64,000 nucleotides of DNA from an uncultured Actinomycetota bacterium (GCA_963746175.1 CAVVAH010000004.1:511567-575566); one strand, 5' to 3'. Shown: positions 39,634 to 51,156, counted from the stretch's first letter. Notes: a model not told the origin generated them from the letters alone. Made by a program: numbers and translations.

Positions 39634-40170
39634 ATGACCGAGGTACGAGTGATGGCCGACGACGGCGTCCCCGCCGAGCTCCTCGAGGTGGTACGGACGC
39701 TGACGTTCGCGGCGTTCGGCGACCGGTTCGACGAGCACGACTGGGAGCACACCTACGGCGGGCACCGCATCCTGGTCCTCGACGGCGCGGTGCCGGTCGC
39801 CGCCGCCGCGGTCGTGCCACGCGAGCTGGTGGTCGGCGAGACGTCGTACGCCGCGGGCTACGTCGAGGGCGTGGCGACCGCTCCGGACCGCCACGGGCAA
39901 CGACTTGGCTCGGCGGTGATGGCCACCGTCGGAGACCTGGTCCGGAACAGGTACCAGCTCGGCGCGCTGTCGACCAGCCGGCACTCGTTCTACGAGCGGC
40001 TCGGCTGGGAGCGGTGGCGCGGCCCGACATACGTCCGGCACGCCGACGGCCCGCCCGAGCGCACGCCCGACGAGGACGACGGTGTGCTGGTCCTGCGCTG
40101 CGCGGCGACCGAGGCCCTGGACCTGACGGCCTCGATCAGCTGCGACGCGCGCCCCGGCGACGACTGGTAG
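39634..40170 (+). CDS. aac(2')-I: GNAT acetyltransferase, aminoglycoside 2'-N-acetyltransferase (AAC(2')-I)-like
   Basis: F...DWEHTYGG, GYVEGVA, YQLGALS, YERLGWERWRGPT, RTPDEDD and CDARPGDDW parallel mycobacterial AAC(2')-Ic as recalled. Confidence 0.8.
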   Translation: MTEVRVMADDGVPAELLEVVRTLTFAAFGDRFDEHDWEHTYGGHRILVLDGAVPVAAAAVVPRELVVGETSYAAGYVEGVATAPDRHGQRLGSAVMATVGDLVRNRYQLGALSTSRHSFYERLGWERWRGPTYVRHADGPPERTPDEDDGVLVLRCAATEALDLTASISCDARPGDDW

Positions 40171-40173
40171 CGG

Positions 40174-40572
40174 TCAGCCCGCCGGATGGGCCTCGTCGTA
40201 GGCGGCGACGGCGCGCTTCCCGGCCGACATCCGCCAGGCCTGGACGACCAGCGCCGACACGTCGTCCCAGTCCGGCCGGGAGGCCCGGTCGACGTTGACG
40301 GCGACCCAGCCGCTCGGCCCGAGGTACGGCGGCGCGAAGTAGCGCTCGGGATCAGCCGCCACGAGCGCCTCCTGCTCGCCGCGCGGCGCCTTCACCCACA
40401 GGGCCAAGCGGCCGTCGCCGTGGTGGTCGACGAGCAGCCAGGCGACCTTCTTGCCCGCCAGCAGGTAGCCGACGTGGCCGTACGCCTCCTCGACCACGAC
40501 TCCTGGAAGTGCGGCGACGACACCGGCGAGCCGTGCTGAGGCGTCGGACACGTCTGAGCTGTTCCAGGGCAT
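40174..40572 (-). CDS. MmcQ/YjbR family protein
   Basis: PERYFAPPYLGPSGWVAV motif; leaderless start (TAACCT-N6-ATG). Confidence 0.85.
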   Translation of the reverse strand: MPWNSSDVSDASARLAGVVAALPGVVVEEAYGHVGYLLAGKKVAWLLVDHHGDGRLALWVKAPRGEQEALVAADPERYFAPPYLGPSGWVAVNVDRASRPDWDDVSALVVQAWRMSAGKRAVAAYDEAHPAG

Positions 40573-40601
40573 GCGCGCAGGTTACGAGACGACATGACTG
40601 C

Positions 40602-41222
40602 TCAGGTGAGTGCGAACCGGACCTGCAGGGTCACGGTCAGCGCGGTGCTGCCGGGCTCCACGGGCACCGTGAGGAGCTTCTCGCCCGCCTGCCGCCCGCC
40701 GAGCGAGGCGGCCCGCGCGAAGGGGACGAAGGACTGCTGCGGCTCCACCCGCCGCACCGGGCCCAGCGTGCGCCCGGCGAGAGCGGCCAGCTGCTCGGCC
40801 TGGTGACGGGCGTCGGCGAAGGCGGCCTCGCGGGCCGCGTCCATGGCGGCCTCCGGCTCCGCGACGGTGAACGACACCTGGCGGACGCGGCTGGCGTCGC
40901 CCCCCGCGGCCACGACGTCGGCGAGAACGGCACCGGCCGCGGCGACGTCGCGCAAGGTCAGGGCCAGGCCGATCGCCGCGCGGAAGCCCTCGGGTCCGTC
41001 CTTGCCGTAGTTCGTCGACACCGTGACGTCGGAGGTCCGGACGTCCGTGTCAGCGGTCCCACCGGCGCGCGCCGCCGCCGCCATCGCCGCGACGGCGGTC
41101 TCCGCGACGGCGAGGGCCGACGCCACGTCGGCCGCGGTGGCCTCCGCCTCCATTGCCGCCTGCATGAGGTCCGGCGGAAGCTGAGCGCTGCCGCTGCCGA
41201 TCACCACGACCCGGTCGGTCAT
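40602..41222 (-). CDS. SIMPL/DUF541 domain protein
   Basis: VIGSGSAQLPPD, AREAAFADARHQAEQLAALAGRTLG and VEPG...VTLQVRF. C-terminal part of ORF 40602..41504. Confidence 0.8.
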   Translation of the reverse strand: MTDRVVVIGSGSAQLPPDLMQAAMEAEATAADVASALAVAETAVAAMAAAARAGGTADTDVRTSDVTVSTNYGKDGPEGFRAAIGLALTLRDVAAAGAVLADVVAAGGDASRVRQVSFTVAEPEAAMDAAREAAFADARHQAEQLAALAGRTLGPVRRVEPQQSFVPFARAASLGGRQAGEKLLTVPVEPGSTALTVTLQVRFALT

Positions 41223-41905
41223 GTCGCCCTGCCCTCGAGCACGGCCTGGCGTCGCCGCCACAGTGCCACTGCCACCAGGATCGGCGCGACCAGCACCACG
41301 ACCGCCACCAGAGCCCCGACCCACACGGGGTACGGCGCGCCGCCCGTGCACGTCCGCGTCGGATCGCCCACCGCCGTGCTGGTCGACACGCACTGCTCGA
41401 CGTACGACGCGGTCGATCCCACCCCGAGCACCCCGAGATAGCCGAACGGCCAGACGAAGGTGCCGAGCAGCTTCTCCCGCAGCCGCCAGCTCGGCGACAG
41501 CCACAGCAGGACGACACCGGCGAACCAGCCGACGACGAGGACGAAGCCACCGAACAGCAGCAGGAAGACGGCCAGCGGCTCGCCGTAGCGGACCAGCCCG
41601 CCGGGCTGCGCCGGCCCGGCGGCGGCCACCGCGACGGGGACGCCGGACTGCTCGGCCTCGGCCCGGGCGATCTCCTCGGGGGTGCCCAGCCGGGCCAGGG
41701 CGTTCCGAGCCGCGGACGCGGCGTCGCCGCCGGCGGCCACCTCGGCGGCGACCGCCTGGCGGACGTGGTCGCGGACGTCGGCGAGGACCTCGGCCAGGCG
41801 TTCGGGCGGGAGCGACCGACCGGCGGTCTCCAGCCGCCGGACGTACTCCTGCACCTCGGGCGACGTCGTCGGGTCGGCGCCCGGGTCAACGGTCACGTCG
41901 GTCAC
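41219..41905 (-). CDS. HAAS-domain membrane protein
   Basis: EYVRRLE...ERLAEVLADVRDHV...ALARLGTPEEIA followed by 2-3 TM segments; typical PadR partner. Start approximate. Confidence 0.75.
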   Translation of the reverse strand: MTDVTVDPGADPTTSPEVQEYVRRLETAGRSLPPERLAEVLADVRDHVRQAVAAEVAAGGDAASAARNALARLGTPEEIARAEAEQSGVPVAVAAAGPAQPGGLVRYGEPLAVFLLLFGGFVLVVGWFAGVVLLWLSPSWRLREKLLGTFVWPFGYLGVLGVGSTASYVEQCVSTSTAVGDPTRTCTGGAPYPVWVGALVAVVVLVAPILVAVALWRRRQAVLEGRAT

Positions 41906-42266
41906 CTCGTGCTCCTCTCGCGCGGGCACCACGGGCCTGCCGCAGCAGGTCGTCGACGCCCTCGGTGAACGTGCTCCACTCCGCGGCGAACGCATTCAGC
42001 GCGCGACGGCCGGCCGTGGTCAGGTCGTAGTACTTGCGCGGCGGGCCGGCGTCCGACGGCTGCCACGTCGTCGAGACCAGGCCGTCGCGGCTCAGCCGTG
42101 ACAGCAGCGGGTAGATCGTGCCCTCGCTGGTCACGAGCCCCTCGACCGCCGAGAGCCGGCGCACCAGCTCGAAGGCGTACTCCGGCGACCGCGCCAGCAC
42201 GGCCAGCACGCAGTGCTCCAGCACGCCGCGGCGCAGCTGGGTGGCGACGTTGCCGCCCGGTTCCAT
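41886..42266 (-). CDS. PadR-family transcriptional regulator
   Basis: QLRRGVLEHCVL, EGTIYPLLSRL, GPPRKYY. Confidence 0.92.
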   Translation of the reverse strand: MEPGGNVATQLRRGVLEHCVLAVLARSPEYAFELVRRLSAVEGLVTSEGTIYPLLSRLSRDGLVSTTWQPSDAGPPRKYYDLTTAGRRALNAFAAEWSTFTEGVDDLLRQARGARARGARGDRRDR

Positions 42267-42268
42267 GC

Positions 42269-42288
42269 GTCACAAGGTACCTGGTGAC
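42269..42288. promoter_or_regulatory. Candidate PadR operator overlapping the padR -10 element
   Basis: Near-perfect palindrome GTCACAAGGTACCTGGTGAC, 2 bp upstream of the ATG; contains TACCTT-N7-ATG on the minus strand. Confidence 0.6.
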
Positions 42289-42337
42289 ACCTAGCCCGGC
42301 AAGGGCTTCATGATCGGCCGGAGGAGGACTGCCGTGG

Positions 42338-42763
42338 TCAGCCGGGGAGCAGGTCCGGCGGCACCTCGGCCGTGCACTCGTAGTAGCGCATCACCAGCCG
42401 CGCGGTGTCGACGTCGACGCTCCCCTCACCCACGGCGATGACCGTGTTGAGCCACCGGTGCGGCTCGTGCTCGGTCCGGAACGTCATCACGTGCACGCCC
42501 GTCCCGTCCTCGAGGGAGGACATCCCCGTGAGGGTGAACAGCACGAACGCGTCCTCGGCGACGACGAGTGAGCCGTGGGCGTTCGGGAAGGCGTAGCCCT
42601 CCCGCAGCCGCGGGAAGTTGGCCCAGGTCGCCGTCCCGGCCAACCGGCCCGTGAACTCCGCCGAGCCCTGGCCGAAGACCTGGCCGTCCGCGCCCTCGGA
42701 GGCCTCGACGCCGTGCAGCAGCTCGTACTGCCAGACGACGTCGGTGAGGTGGTCGAGCTGCAT
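42338..42763 (-). CDS. Hypothetical protein (weak DUF3237-like resemblance)
   Basis: GC3-rich ORF starting 3 bp after the acyl-CoA synthetase stop; FRTEHEPHRWLN...VGEG. Confidence 0.65.
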   Translation of the reverse strand: MQLDHLTDVVWQYELLHGVEASEGADGQVFGQGSAEFTGRLAGTATWANFPRLREGYAFPNAHGSLVVAEDAFVLFTLTGMSSLEDGTGVHVMTFRTEHEPHRWLNTVIAVGEGSVDVDTARLVMRYYECTAEVPPDLLPG

Positions 42764-42766
42764 GGC

Positions 42767-44425
<1,659 letters not shown>

Positions 44426-44614
44426 ACCTCGCATCGTGCTCCGCCGGGGCACCACCCCACCAGGCCCCGCCAGGCAGTCCGGCTCCCAGAGGACAGGCAG
44501 ATCGCCCACAGGCATCTCACAGGTGACGGCAGGACGGTCGGAGACGTCGCAGACCGCAGCACCGGACGACCGGCACCACCCGGCCGACCGGCCGGGCGAA
44601 CCCGAGGAGCAGCC

Positions 44615-45064
44615 ATGACCGTCACCGCCAGCCGCCGCGCCGAGAGCATCGTCGACGGGCAGGTGGTCGACACCGCGCCGGGGCAGGAGGTCGGCAGCGG
44701 CGAGCTGGCCGGCCGGCTGGCCGAGCACGTGGTCGCCGGTGCGCTGGTACGCAAGAGCGTCGACGACCCGGTGCCGTTCCCGGTCTGGTGGCGGGTGACC
44801 GACGCACTGCGGTCGGCGGTGCTGGACGCCCCCGCCGTCGCGGCCGACGAGGTGGCGGCCGCCATGTCGTCCCTCGAGGCCGCGGTGGAGGGTCTCGGGC
44901 ACGCCCCGGCCGGTCCCTCGGTGACCGGCCTCGAGGACGCCCGGTCGGTGCACCGCGCGCGGGTCCTGGTGGCCCGGCTGGTCTTCTCGACCGCGGCGAC
45001 CTCGCCCACGCTCCTGCACGTCCGGCTGGCCCGCCTGCGCCGCGCCCTCCTCGCCGCCGCCTGA
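44615..45064 (+). CDS. Hypothetical protein
   Basis: GAGGAG RBS before ATG 44615; GC3-rich frame; no recognisable motif. Confidence 0.6.
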   Translation: MTVTASRRAESIVDGQVVDTAPGQEVGSGELAGRLAEHVVAGALVRKSVDDPVPFPVWWRVTDALRSAVLDAPAVAADEVAAAMSSLEAAVEGLGHAPAGPSVTGLEDARSVHRARVLVARLVFSTAATSPTLLHVRLARLRRALLAAA

Positions 45065-45083
45065 CCTTCTCGGCCCCCCAGCG

Positions 45084-45132
45084 AAGTGGCCCCGCTGCAG
45101 TCGTGGAAACCACGACCCGAGCGGGGCCGCTT
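45084..45132. repeat. Palindromic dispersed repeat family A, copy 2
   Basis: AAGTGGCCCCGCT...AGCGGGGCCGCTT. Confidence 0.85.
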
Positions 45133-45227
45133 GCCGCCGTCGGGGTGGGAGTCAGAGCAGCCAGGACGAGCGGCGGCAGTCGTCGGCGGGCCGCTGTCCG
45201 CGAGCCCGCCGTCGATCCCCGATAGCC

Positions 45228-45276
45228 AAGTGGCCCCGCTGGAGTCGTGGAAAGCGCGACCCGAGCGGGGCCACTT
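45228..45276. repeat. Palindromic dispersed repeat family A, copy 3
   Basis: AAGTGGCCCCGCT...AGCGGGGCCACTT. Confidence 0.85.
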
Positions 45277-45480
45277 CGCTCAGGACCGGCAGACGGGAAG
45301 CCGCTCCCCATCCCAAGCCGCTCTGGCAGTCGGCCGACGGCGGGAGAGCCGCGGGCGGCGAAGGGCCTTTCGCCGCCGCCGTCGTCGGCAGTACGCTGCT
45401 GCGCCCCCTTCCACGACGAGCCGAGCGACGACCTCGGCAGCCGCTGCGCGCTGCCGACGAGACGAGAGGCGTGCTGCCGC

Positions 45481-47547
45481 GTGCCCGCAGGACATCCCAC
45501 CGAGACGGAGCCGACCACCACCCCGACCACCACCACACCCGCCACCACCGACCCCGCGCTGGCCGCCGAGCAGGCGTACCTCGCCGCCGCCCGCGCCGAC
45601 CTGGCCGAGATGCGCGACGCCACCCTGGCGCTGGACGCCCGCGGCGGCGACGCCGTCTCCGAGGCCTACCTCGCCTCCTCGCTGCACAAGCGGGTGCAGG
45701 CACTGACCGACGACCCCGAGACGCCGCTCTTCTTCGGTCGGCTCGACCTGGCCGGGACCGCCGAGCACGGCGACGAGCGGTTCTACATCGGCCGGCGCCA
45801 CGTGCACGACGACCAGGGCGACCCCGTCGTCATCGACTGGCGGGCCGACGTGTCCACGCCGTTCTACCGGGCCACCCGCGGCGAGCCGATGCACGTCGCG
45901 CTGCGCCGGCGGTTCGGATTCGAGCGCGGCCGGATCACGGCGTACGAGGACGAGCATCTCCTCGACGAGACCGAGGCGAGCCGGAACAGTCGCATTCTTG
46001 CGGCCGAGATCGAGCGGCCGCGCGTCGGGCCGATGCGCGACATCGTCGCGACCATCCAGCCCGAGCAGGACGTCATCGTGCGCGCGGACGTGACGGAGAC
46101 CATCTGCGTGCAGGGTGCGCCCGGCACCGGCAAGACGGCCGTCGGCCTGCACCGCGCGGCGTACCTGCTCTACACGCACCGCGACCGGCTGCGCAGAGGC
46201 GGTGTCCTCGTCGTGGGACCCAACACCGCGTTCCTGTCCTACATCTCCGCCGTCCTTCCCGCCCTCGGCGAGGTCGACGTCCGCCAGCTGACCCTCGACC
46301 AGCTCGTCGGCGAGCGGGTGGAGATCCGCGGCACCGACGAGCCCGACGTGGCGACCCTCAAGGGCGACCCACGGATGGCCACCGTCCTCGACAACGCCGT
46401 GCACGCCGGGCTGACCGAGCCGACCGAGCCCGTCGTGCTCACGACCGGGTCGCGACGATGGCGGGTGCCGGCGTACGAGCTGGCCGAGATCGTTGCCGAG
46501 CTGAGGTCGCGCGATGTCCGGTACGGCGCCGCGCGGGCGATGCTGGCTCAACGGCTGGCGCACGTGGTGCTCACGAAGATGGAGTCCGCCGGCGAGTCCC
46601 CCGACGACCGGGTGCAGGACTCGGTGGCGCGCAGCGCCCCGGTGCGCAAGGCGGTCGACGCGCTCTGGCCGGCGGTCGACCCGGTCCGCGTCGTGATCGC
46701 TCTGCTGTCCGACGCCGCGGTGCTCGCGGCCGCGGCCGACGGCGTCCTCGAGACCGAGGAGCAGGCGGCCCTGCTCTGGGCGAAGCCCGCGCGCGGCCCG
46801 AAGACCGCGCGCTGGTCGCTCGCCGACGCCGTGCTCGTGGACGAGGCCGCCGACCTCGTCGAGCGCGTCGCCAGCCTGGGTCACGTCGTCCTCGACGAGG
46901 CGCAGGACCTCTCGCCGATGCAGCTGCGCGCCGTCGGCCGGCGCTGCTCGACCGCCGCCGCCACGGTGCTCGGCGACATCGCGCAGGGCACGACGCCGTG
47001 GGCGACGAACGACTGGGACGAGACGCTCGCCCATCTCGGCAAGCCGGGCGCGCACGTGGAGGTGCTGGCCCGGGGCTACCGCGTCCCCGCAGCCGTCATC
47101 GAGTTCGCCGCGCGCCTGCTGCCGCACATCGCGCCGGGTGTCAGCGCACCGGAGTCGGTGCGCGAGAACGACGGCCGTCTCGAGATCGTCGCCGCGGCCG
47201 ACGTCGCCTCCGAGGTCGCTGCCGAGGTACGCCGGGCACTCGCCGACCCGGGATCGGTCGGCCTCATCGTCGCCGACCGCGGCGTCGAGGCCCTCTCCGC
47301 CCGGCTCGACGTCCCGCACGACGTGCTCGGCGGCGAGGACACCGGGGCGCGGGTCGTCGTCGTCCCGGCGTCGCTGGCCAAGGGGCTCGAGTACGACCAC
47401 GTCGTCGTGGTGGAGCCCGCCGACATCGTCGCCGGCGAGCCCTCGACGTGGCAGGGACTCCGCCGGCTCTACGTCGTCCTCACTCGTGCGGTGTCCGGGC
47501 TCACCGTCGTGCACGCCGAGCCGCTGCCCGACGCGCTGGCGGCCTGA
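45481..47547 (+). CDS. helD: HelD-family SF1 helicase-like ATPase (RNA polymerase recycling type)
   Basis: LFFGRLD, FYIGRRHV, VIDWRA, MRDIVATIQPEQD, QGAPGTGKTAVGLHRAAYLL, VLDEAQD and KGLEYD...LYVVLTRA. Start approximate. Confidence 0.85.
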   Translation: MPAGHPTETEPTTTPTTTTPATTDPALAAEQAYLAAARADLAEMRDATLALDARGGDAVSEAYLASSLHKRVQALTDDPETPLFFGRLDLAGTAEHGDERFYIGRRHVHDDQGDPVVIDWRADVSTPFYRATRGEPMHVALRRRFGFERGRITAYEDEHLLDETEASRNSRILAAEIERPRVGPMRDIVATIQPEQDVIVRADVTETICVQGAPGTGKTAVGLHRAAYLLYTHRDRLRRGGVLVVGPNTAFLSYISAVLPALGEVDVRQLTLDQLVGERVEIRGTDEPDVATLKGDPRMATVLDNAVHAGLTEPTEPVVLTTGSRRWRVPAYELAEIVAELRSRDVRYGAARAMLAQRLAHVVLTKMESAGESPDDRVQDSVARSAPVRKAVDALWPAVDPVRVVIALLSDAAVLAAAADGVLETEEQAALLWAKPARGPKTARWSLADAVLVDEAADLVERVASLGHVVLDEAQDLSPMQLRAVGRRCSTAAATVLGDIAQGTTPWATNDWDETLAHLGKPGAHVEVLARGYRVPAAVIEFAARLLPHIAPGVSAPESVRENDGRLEIVAAADVASEVAAEVRRALADPGSVGLIVADRGVEALSARLDVPHDVLGGEDTGARVVVVPASLAKGLEYDHVVVVEPADIVAGEPSTWQGLRRLYVVLTRAVSGLTVVHAEPLPDALAA

Positions 47548-47548
47548 C

Positions 47549-48193
47549 GTGTCCCCGGTGCGGCACCTCGCCGTCGACTGGCTGCAGCTCTGCCGCCGGG
47601 TCGGTGCGCGCGGCGACGTCGCCGGTGCGGGCGCGACGCTGCTCGGGCGCTGGGCCGAGCAGCACCGCGCGTACCACGACCTCGCGCACCTCGACGAGGT
47701 GCTCGCACGGGTCGGTGTGCTGGCGGCGGAGGCGGCCGACGCCGACACCGTGCGGCTGGCGGCGTGGTTCCACGACGCGGTCTACCACCCGCCCGCGCCG
47801 GACAACGAGGAGCGCAGCGCCGAGCTCGCGACCGTCGCCCTCAGTGCGCTGGACGTCGCCCCGGCCCGCGTCGCCGGCGTGGCCCGGCTGGTCCGGCTCA
47901 CCGCCACGCACGACGTGGCGCCCGGCGACGCCGACGGCGCCGTGCTCTGCGACGCCGACCTCGCGGTGCTGGCCGCGGACGACCTGCGCTACGCGTCGTA
48001 CGTCGAGGGTGTCCGCCGCGAGTACGTGCACGTCGACGACGCGGCCTTCGCCGCGGGCCGCGCCCAGGTGCTCGCGACGCTGCTCGACCGGCCCGCGCTG
48101 TTCCGCACCGAGCACGGCCGGGTCGAGTGGGAGGGACGGGCGCGGGCCAACGCCGGCGCCGAGCTGTCGCGGCTGCGCGCCGGCAGCGGGTGA
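47549..48193 (+). CDS. HD-domain metal-dependent phosphohydrolase
   Basis: RAYHDLAHL, AAWFHDAVY, NEERSA and LCDADLAVL. Confidence 0.85.
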   Translation: MSPVRHLAVDWLQLCRRVGARGDVAGAGATLLGRWAEQHRAYHDLAHLDEVLARVGVLAAEAADADTVRLAAWFHDAVYHPPAPDNEERSAELATVALSALDVAPARVAGVARLVRLTATHDVAPGDADGAVLCDADLAVLAADDLRYASYVEGVRREYVHVDDAAFAAGRAQVLATLLDRPALFRTEHGRVEWEGRARANAGAELSRLRAGSG

Positions 48194-48200
48194 GGCGGCG

Positions 48201-49409
48201 TCAGTGCGCGGCGTGCCGGATGCGGTCGCGGTCGTCGGCGAGGACCACCGCTTCGTAGCCGATCAGGAGCACCAGCACCGTCAGCAGCGCACCCAGTGCC
48301 GCGATCGCGGGGAGCTGCGCTCCGAACGGCAGCAGCACCAGCAGCGCCGCGCTGGCGACGAGGCGCTGCACGTTCCACCCGCCGACGTTGCGCCGGCGCA
48401 AGGCTGAGAGCGCCACGAGGTAGAGGACCGCCCCGCCGAACAACGCGACGAGCGGCACCCACGGCAGCGCGTCACCGAGGTCGTGGTGCTCGGGGTCGGC
48501 GACGTACGTGAGGACCTTCTTCATGCCGAGCGCCAGGTAGACGATGCCGACGAGCATCGGGAAATGCAGGTAGGTGAACGAGTCCCGCGCCAGCCGGCTG
48601 CGTGGCTCGCCCTCCAGCCGGGACAGGACCCGCTCGGCCACCAGCGCGACCACGTCGAAGTACACCCACCACAGCGCCACCGAGACGGCGAGGCCGAGCA
48701 GCGCCGCGAGGACGACAGCGGCGGTGACCGGCTCGTCCGCGATGCCGGCGCCGACGGCCACGACCGACTCGCCGAGCGCGACGATGATGATGAGCCCGTG
48801 GCGTTCGGCGAAGTGCGCGGGGCTGTAGACACGCCAGCCCTGCGTCCCGCCGGCGAAGACGCCGACGTAGTCCACGACCAGCGCCAGCACCCACAACGCG
48901 GACTGCCACGGGGAGCCGGCGGCGCCACCGGCGACCAGCAGCAGCAGGGCCACCGTCGTCGGGACGGTCTGGACGAGCAGCTGGCGGCGCAGGCCGCGGT
49001 CGTCACCGGCCGCGACGAGGTAGACCACGAGGTGCGCGATCCGCACGGTCGCGTAGCAGGCGGCGAGCACGAACGGCCCGTACAGGCCGCCGGGCTCGTC
49101 GTCGTAGGACTCCGGGATCGCCAGGGCGACGACGAAGAGCGCGCCCATCGCCGCGAGCATCGCCGCCCGGAGCAGGCCCTCGTCGGCCTTCGCCTGGTTG
49201 CCGAGCCAGGCGTACGACGACCAGCCGAACCAGAGCAGCGCGAGCAGCACCAGCCCGCGGCTGAGACCGCGCACTGTCGGGTCGTCGGCCATCAGCGCCG
49301 TGACCTGAGTCAGCGCGAAGACGAACACCAGGTCGAAGAACAGCTCCAGCGTCGTGACGCGGTGCGAGTCGTCGGTCGGCCGGACGACCAGCGCTCGGGC
49401 GATCTGCAC
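48201..49409 (-). CDS. ltrA: Low temperature requirement protein A family membrane protein
   Basis: VTTLELFFDLVFVFA and HFAERHGLIIIVALGES; many TM segments. Confidence 0.9.
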   Translation of the reverse strand: MQIARALVVRPTDDSHRVTTLELFFDLVFVFALTQVTALMADDPTVRGLSRGLVLLALLWFGWSSYAWLGNQAKADEGLLRAAMLAAMGALFVVALAIPESYDDEPGGLYGPFVLAACYATVRIAHLVVYLVAAGDDRGLRRQLLVQTVPTTVALLLLVAGGAAGSPWQSALWVLALVVDYVGVFAGGTQGWRVYSPAHFAERHGLIIIVALGESVVAVGAGIADEPVTAAVVLAALLGLAVSVALWWVYFDVVALVAERVLSRLEGEPRSRLARDSFTYLHFPMLVGIVYLALGMKKVLTYVADPEHHDLGDALPWVPLVALFGGAVLYLVALSALRRRNVGGWNVQRLVASAALLVLLPFGAQLPAIAALGALLTVLVLLIGYEAVVLADDRDRIRHAAH

Positions 49410-49494
49410 GCCGGTAGCGTCGCACCCGCCTACGACGGGAGCCAGCGCTGTCCGCTGTGGGCGAAGCCGGTAGCCGTGGTCAGTAGCGGTGCGG

Positions 49495-49755
49495 TCAGTG
49501 CCGGTGCGGTCGGCGCAGGCCGGAGGCGCGCAGCCGCGTGATCAGCTCGCGACCGGTGACCGGCTGGGCGCCCAGCGCGATGGCGGCGTCGCGCAGCTCG
49601 GCGGGCAGGTCGTAGTGGTCGCCCTGGAAGCCGCGTCGCGGGATCCCCAGCTGCTCCGCGACGGCGTGCAGCTCGTCGTACGACGTGTCGCTCACGAGAT
49701 GGCACCAGAGCCGGTCGCGGAAGGGCCAGATGGGCGTGTCGACGAGGATCGCCAT
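49495..49755 (-). CDS. DUF4031 family protein
   Basis: WCHLVSD..YDELH..A..LGIPRRGFQGDHYD. Confidence 0.85.
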   Translation of the reverse strand: MAILVDTPIWPFRDRLWCHLVSDTSYDELHAVAEQLGIPRRGFQGDHYDLPAELRDAAIALGAQPVTGRELITRLRASGLRRPHRH

Positions 49756-49787
49756 CTTCTGATCCTCGCGCAACGGATGATGGCCCG

Positions 49788-50141
49788 ATGACCGACGCGC
49801 TGCTCGAGGCCCGCGCCCGGGTGCTGCACGACCTCGCGGCGCGCGGCCTGGACAACGCCGCGACGGTCTCCGTCGTCGACGAGGTGCTCACCGCCCGCCG
49901 CTGGTGGGTGGACCAGTGGCCGGACGGCGCGCCGTTCGTCGCCTGCCTGGTCGCGCAGGACGTGCAGGAGGCGCTGCTCGAGCAGGTGGGCCGGTGGCCG
50001 CTGTGCACCGCGACCCACGACCCCGAGGACGAGGCCGCGGAGCACGAGCTGCGCGTCAGCCCGGACCTCGGCGAGGACCCGCACTGGGTCTGCGAGGAGG
50101 TCGGCGTGGTCGTCGCCCCCGTCGGCGCCCTGGACCGCTGA
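49788..50141 (+). CDS. Conserved hypothetical protein (Cys/His motif)
   Basis: LVAQDVQEALLE..GRWPLC...H...PDLGEDPHWVC. Confidence 0.7.
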   Translation: MTDALLEARARVLHDLAARGLDNAATVSVVDEVLTARRWWVDQWPDGAPFVACLVAQDVQEALLEQVGRWPLCTATHDPEDEAAEHELRVSPDLGEDPHWVCEEVGVVVAPVGALDR

Positions 50142-50157
50142 CCACCGACGCTCGTCC

Positions 50158-50210
50158 CTCACCGGTGATCATGCAGTTTCGGCGCGCAAAGCTGCATGAT
50201 CACCGATGAG
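50158..50210. repeat. GTGATC-terminated palindromic element (family C)
   Basis: CTCACCGGTGATCATGCAG...CTGCATGATCACCGATGAG. Confidence 0.85.
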
Positions 50211-50238
50211 TTCGGGGGCAGAGGCGGGTCTGCCCGGC

Positions 50239-50844
50239 ATGACCGACCCAAAGATCGTCGACCTGCACCCCGCCGCGGCCGAGGTGTCCCGCCTCCTCGA
50301 CGGCGTCACCGAGGCGCAGCTGGACGGACCCACGCCCTGCCCGGAGTACCCGGTGGGCGCCCTCCTCGACCACCTGATGGGCCTCACGCTGGCGTTCACG
50401 TGGGGCGCCCGCAAGACGGCCCCGGCCGCGGCGGCCGACGCCTCGGGACCGGGGGCCGCCACGGCCGCGCACCTCGACCCGCAGTGGCGCACCCGCCTCC
50501 CCCAGCAGCTCACGACGCTGGCCGACGCCTGGGCCGAGCCGGATGCGTGGCGCGGCACGACGACGGTGGGCGGCGCCACCCTGCCCGGCGAGGTCATGGG
50601 GCTGGTGGCGATGGACGAGCTGGTCCTGCACGGCTGGGACCTGGCCCGGGCGACCGGCCAGGAGTTCCGCTGCGACCCGATGAGCACCGAGGTCGTCCTG
50701 GGGTTCACCGAGGCCAGCGCGCAGCCCGGCGAGGAGGCAAGCCGCGCGGGCATCTTCGGCCCGGTCGTCCCCGTCGCGACGGACGCCCCGCCCCTGGACC
50801 ACGCCCTCGGCTACGCCGGCCGCAACCCCGCCTGGACCCCCTGA
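50239..50844 (+). CDS. TIGR03086/MDMPI-like (DinB superfamily) metal-binding protein
   Basis: PTPCPEYPVGALLDHL and DELVLHGWDLARATGQ. Confidence 0.85.
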   Translation: MTDPKIVDLHPAAAEVSRLLDGVTEAQLDGPTPCPEYPVGALLDHLMGLTLAFTWGARKTAPAAAADASGPGAATAAHLDPQWRTRLPQQLTTLADAWAEPDAWRGTTTVGGATLPGEVMGLVAMDELVLHGWDLARATGQEFRCDPMSTEVVLGFTEASAQPGEEASRAGIFGPVVPVATDAPPLDHALGYAGRNPAWTP

Positions 50845-50883
50845 CCCGCCTAAGCCGTGCGCCCTCGCCGTCCGTCGACGAGT

Positions 50884-50957
50884 GATCGTTTGCGACCTGA
50901 GCCCCCGACACGCCGTGGCGTAGCCCGGCGTGTCCGTGAACCAGGTCGCAAACGATC
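50884..50957. repeat. Nested palindromic element with perfect 16-bp outer arms
   Basis: GATCGTTTGCGACCTG / CAGGTCGCAAACGATC with inner arms GACACGCCG / CGGCGTGTC. Confidence 0.85.
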
Positions 50958-51156
50958 TTCTACGGGCACCAGCGCGCGGACGGCGGGGGACCAGGCAGCC
51001 CGCTCCGTCGTCCCGGCTGGTCTGACGGCATCGTGGACGGCGGGTCAGCGGGCCCCCAGGAGCAGACCAGAACCTTGCCTGTGCATAACTTCACGGGCGT
51101 TTCCCTCGGGCTGCGTACGTTCGTGTGCACCCGACGTACTCATCCAGGAGGTCTCC

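Noticed and set aside
45349-45377. Rifamycin-associated element upstream of the helD-like gene (HelR type)
   Set aside because: The hairpin GGCGGCGAA-N6-TTCGCCGCC only partly resembles the element as I recall it. A motif scan would be needed; it is not supportable by eye.
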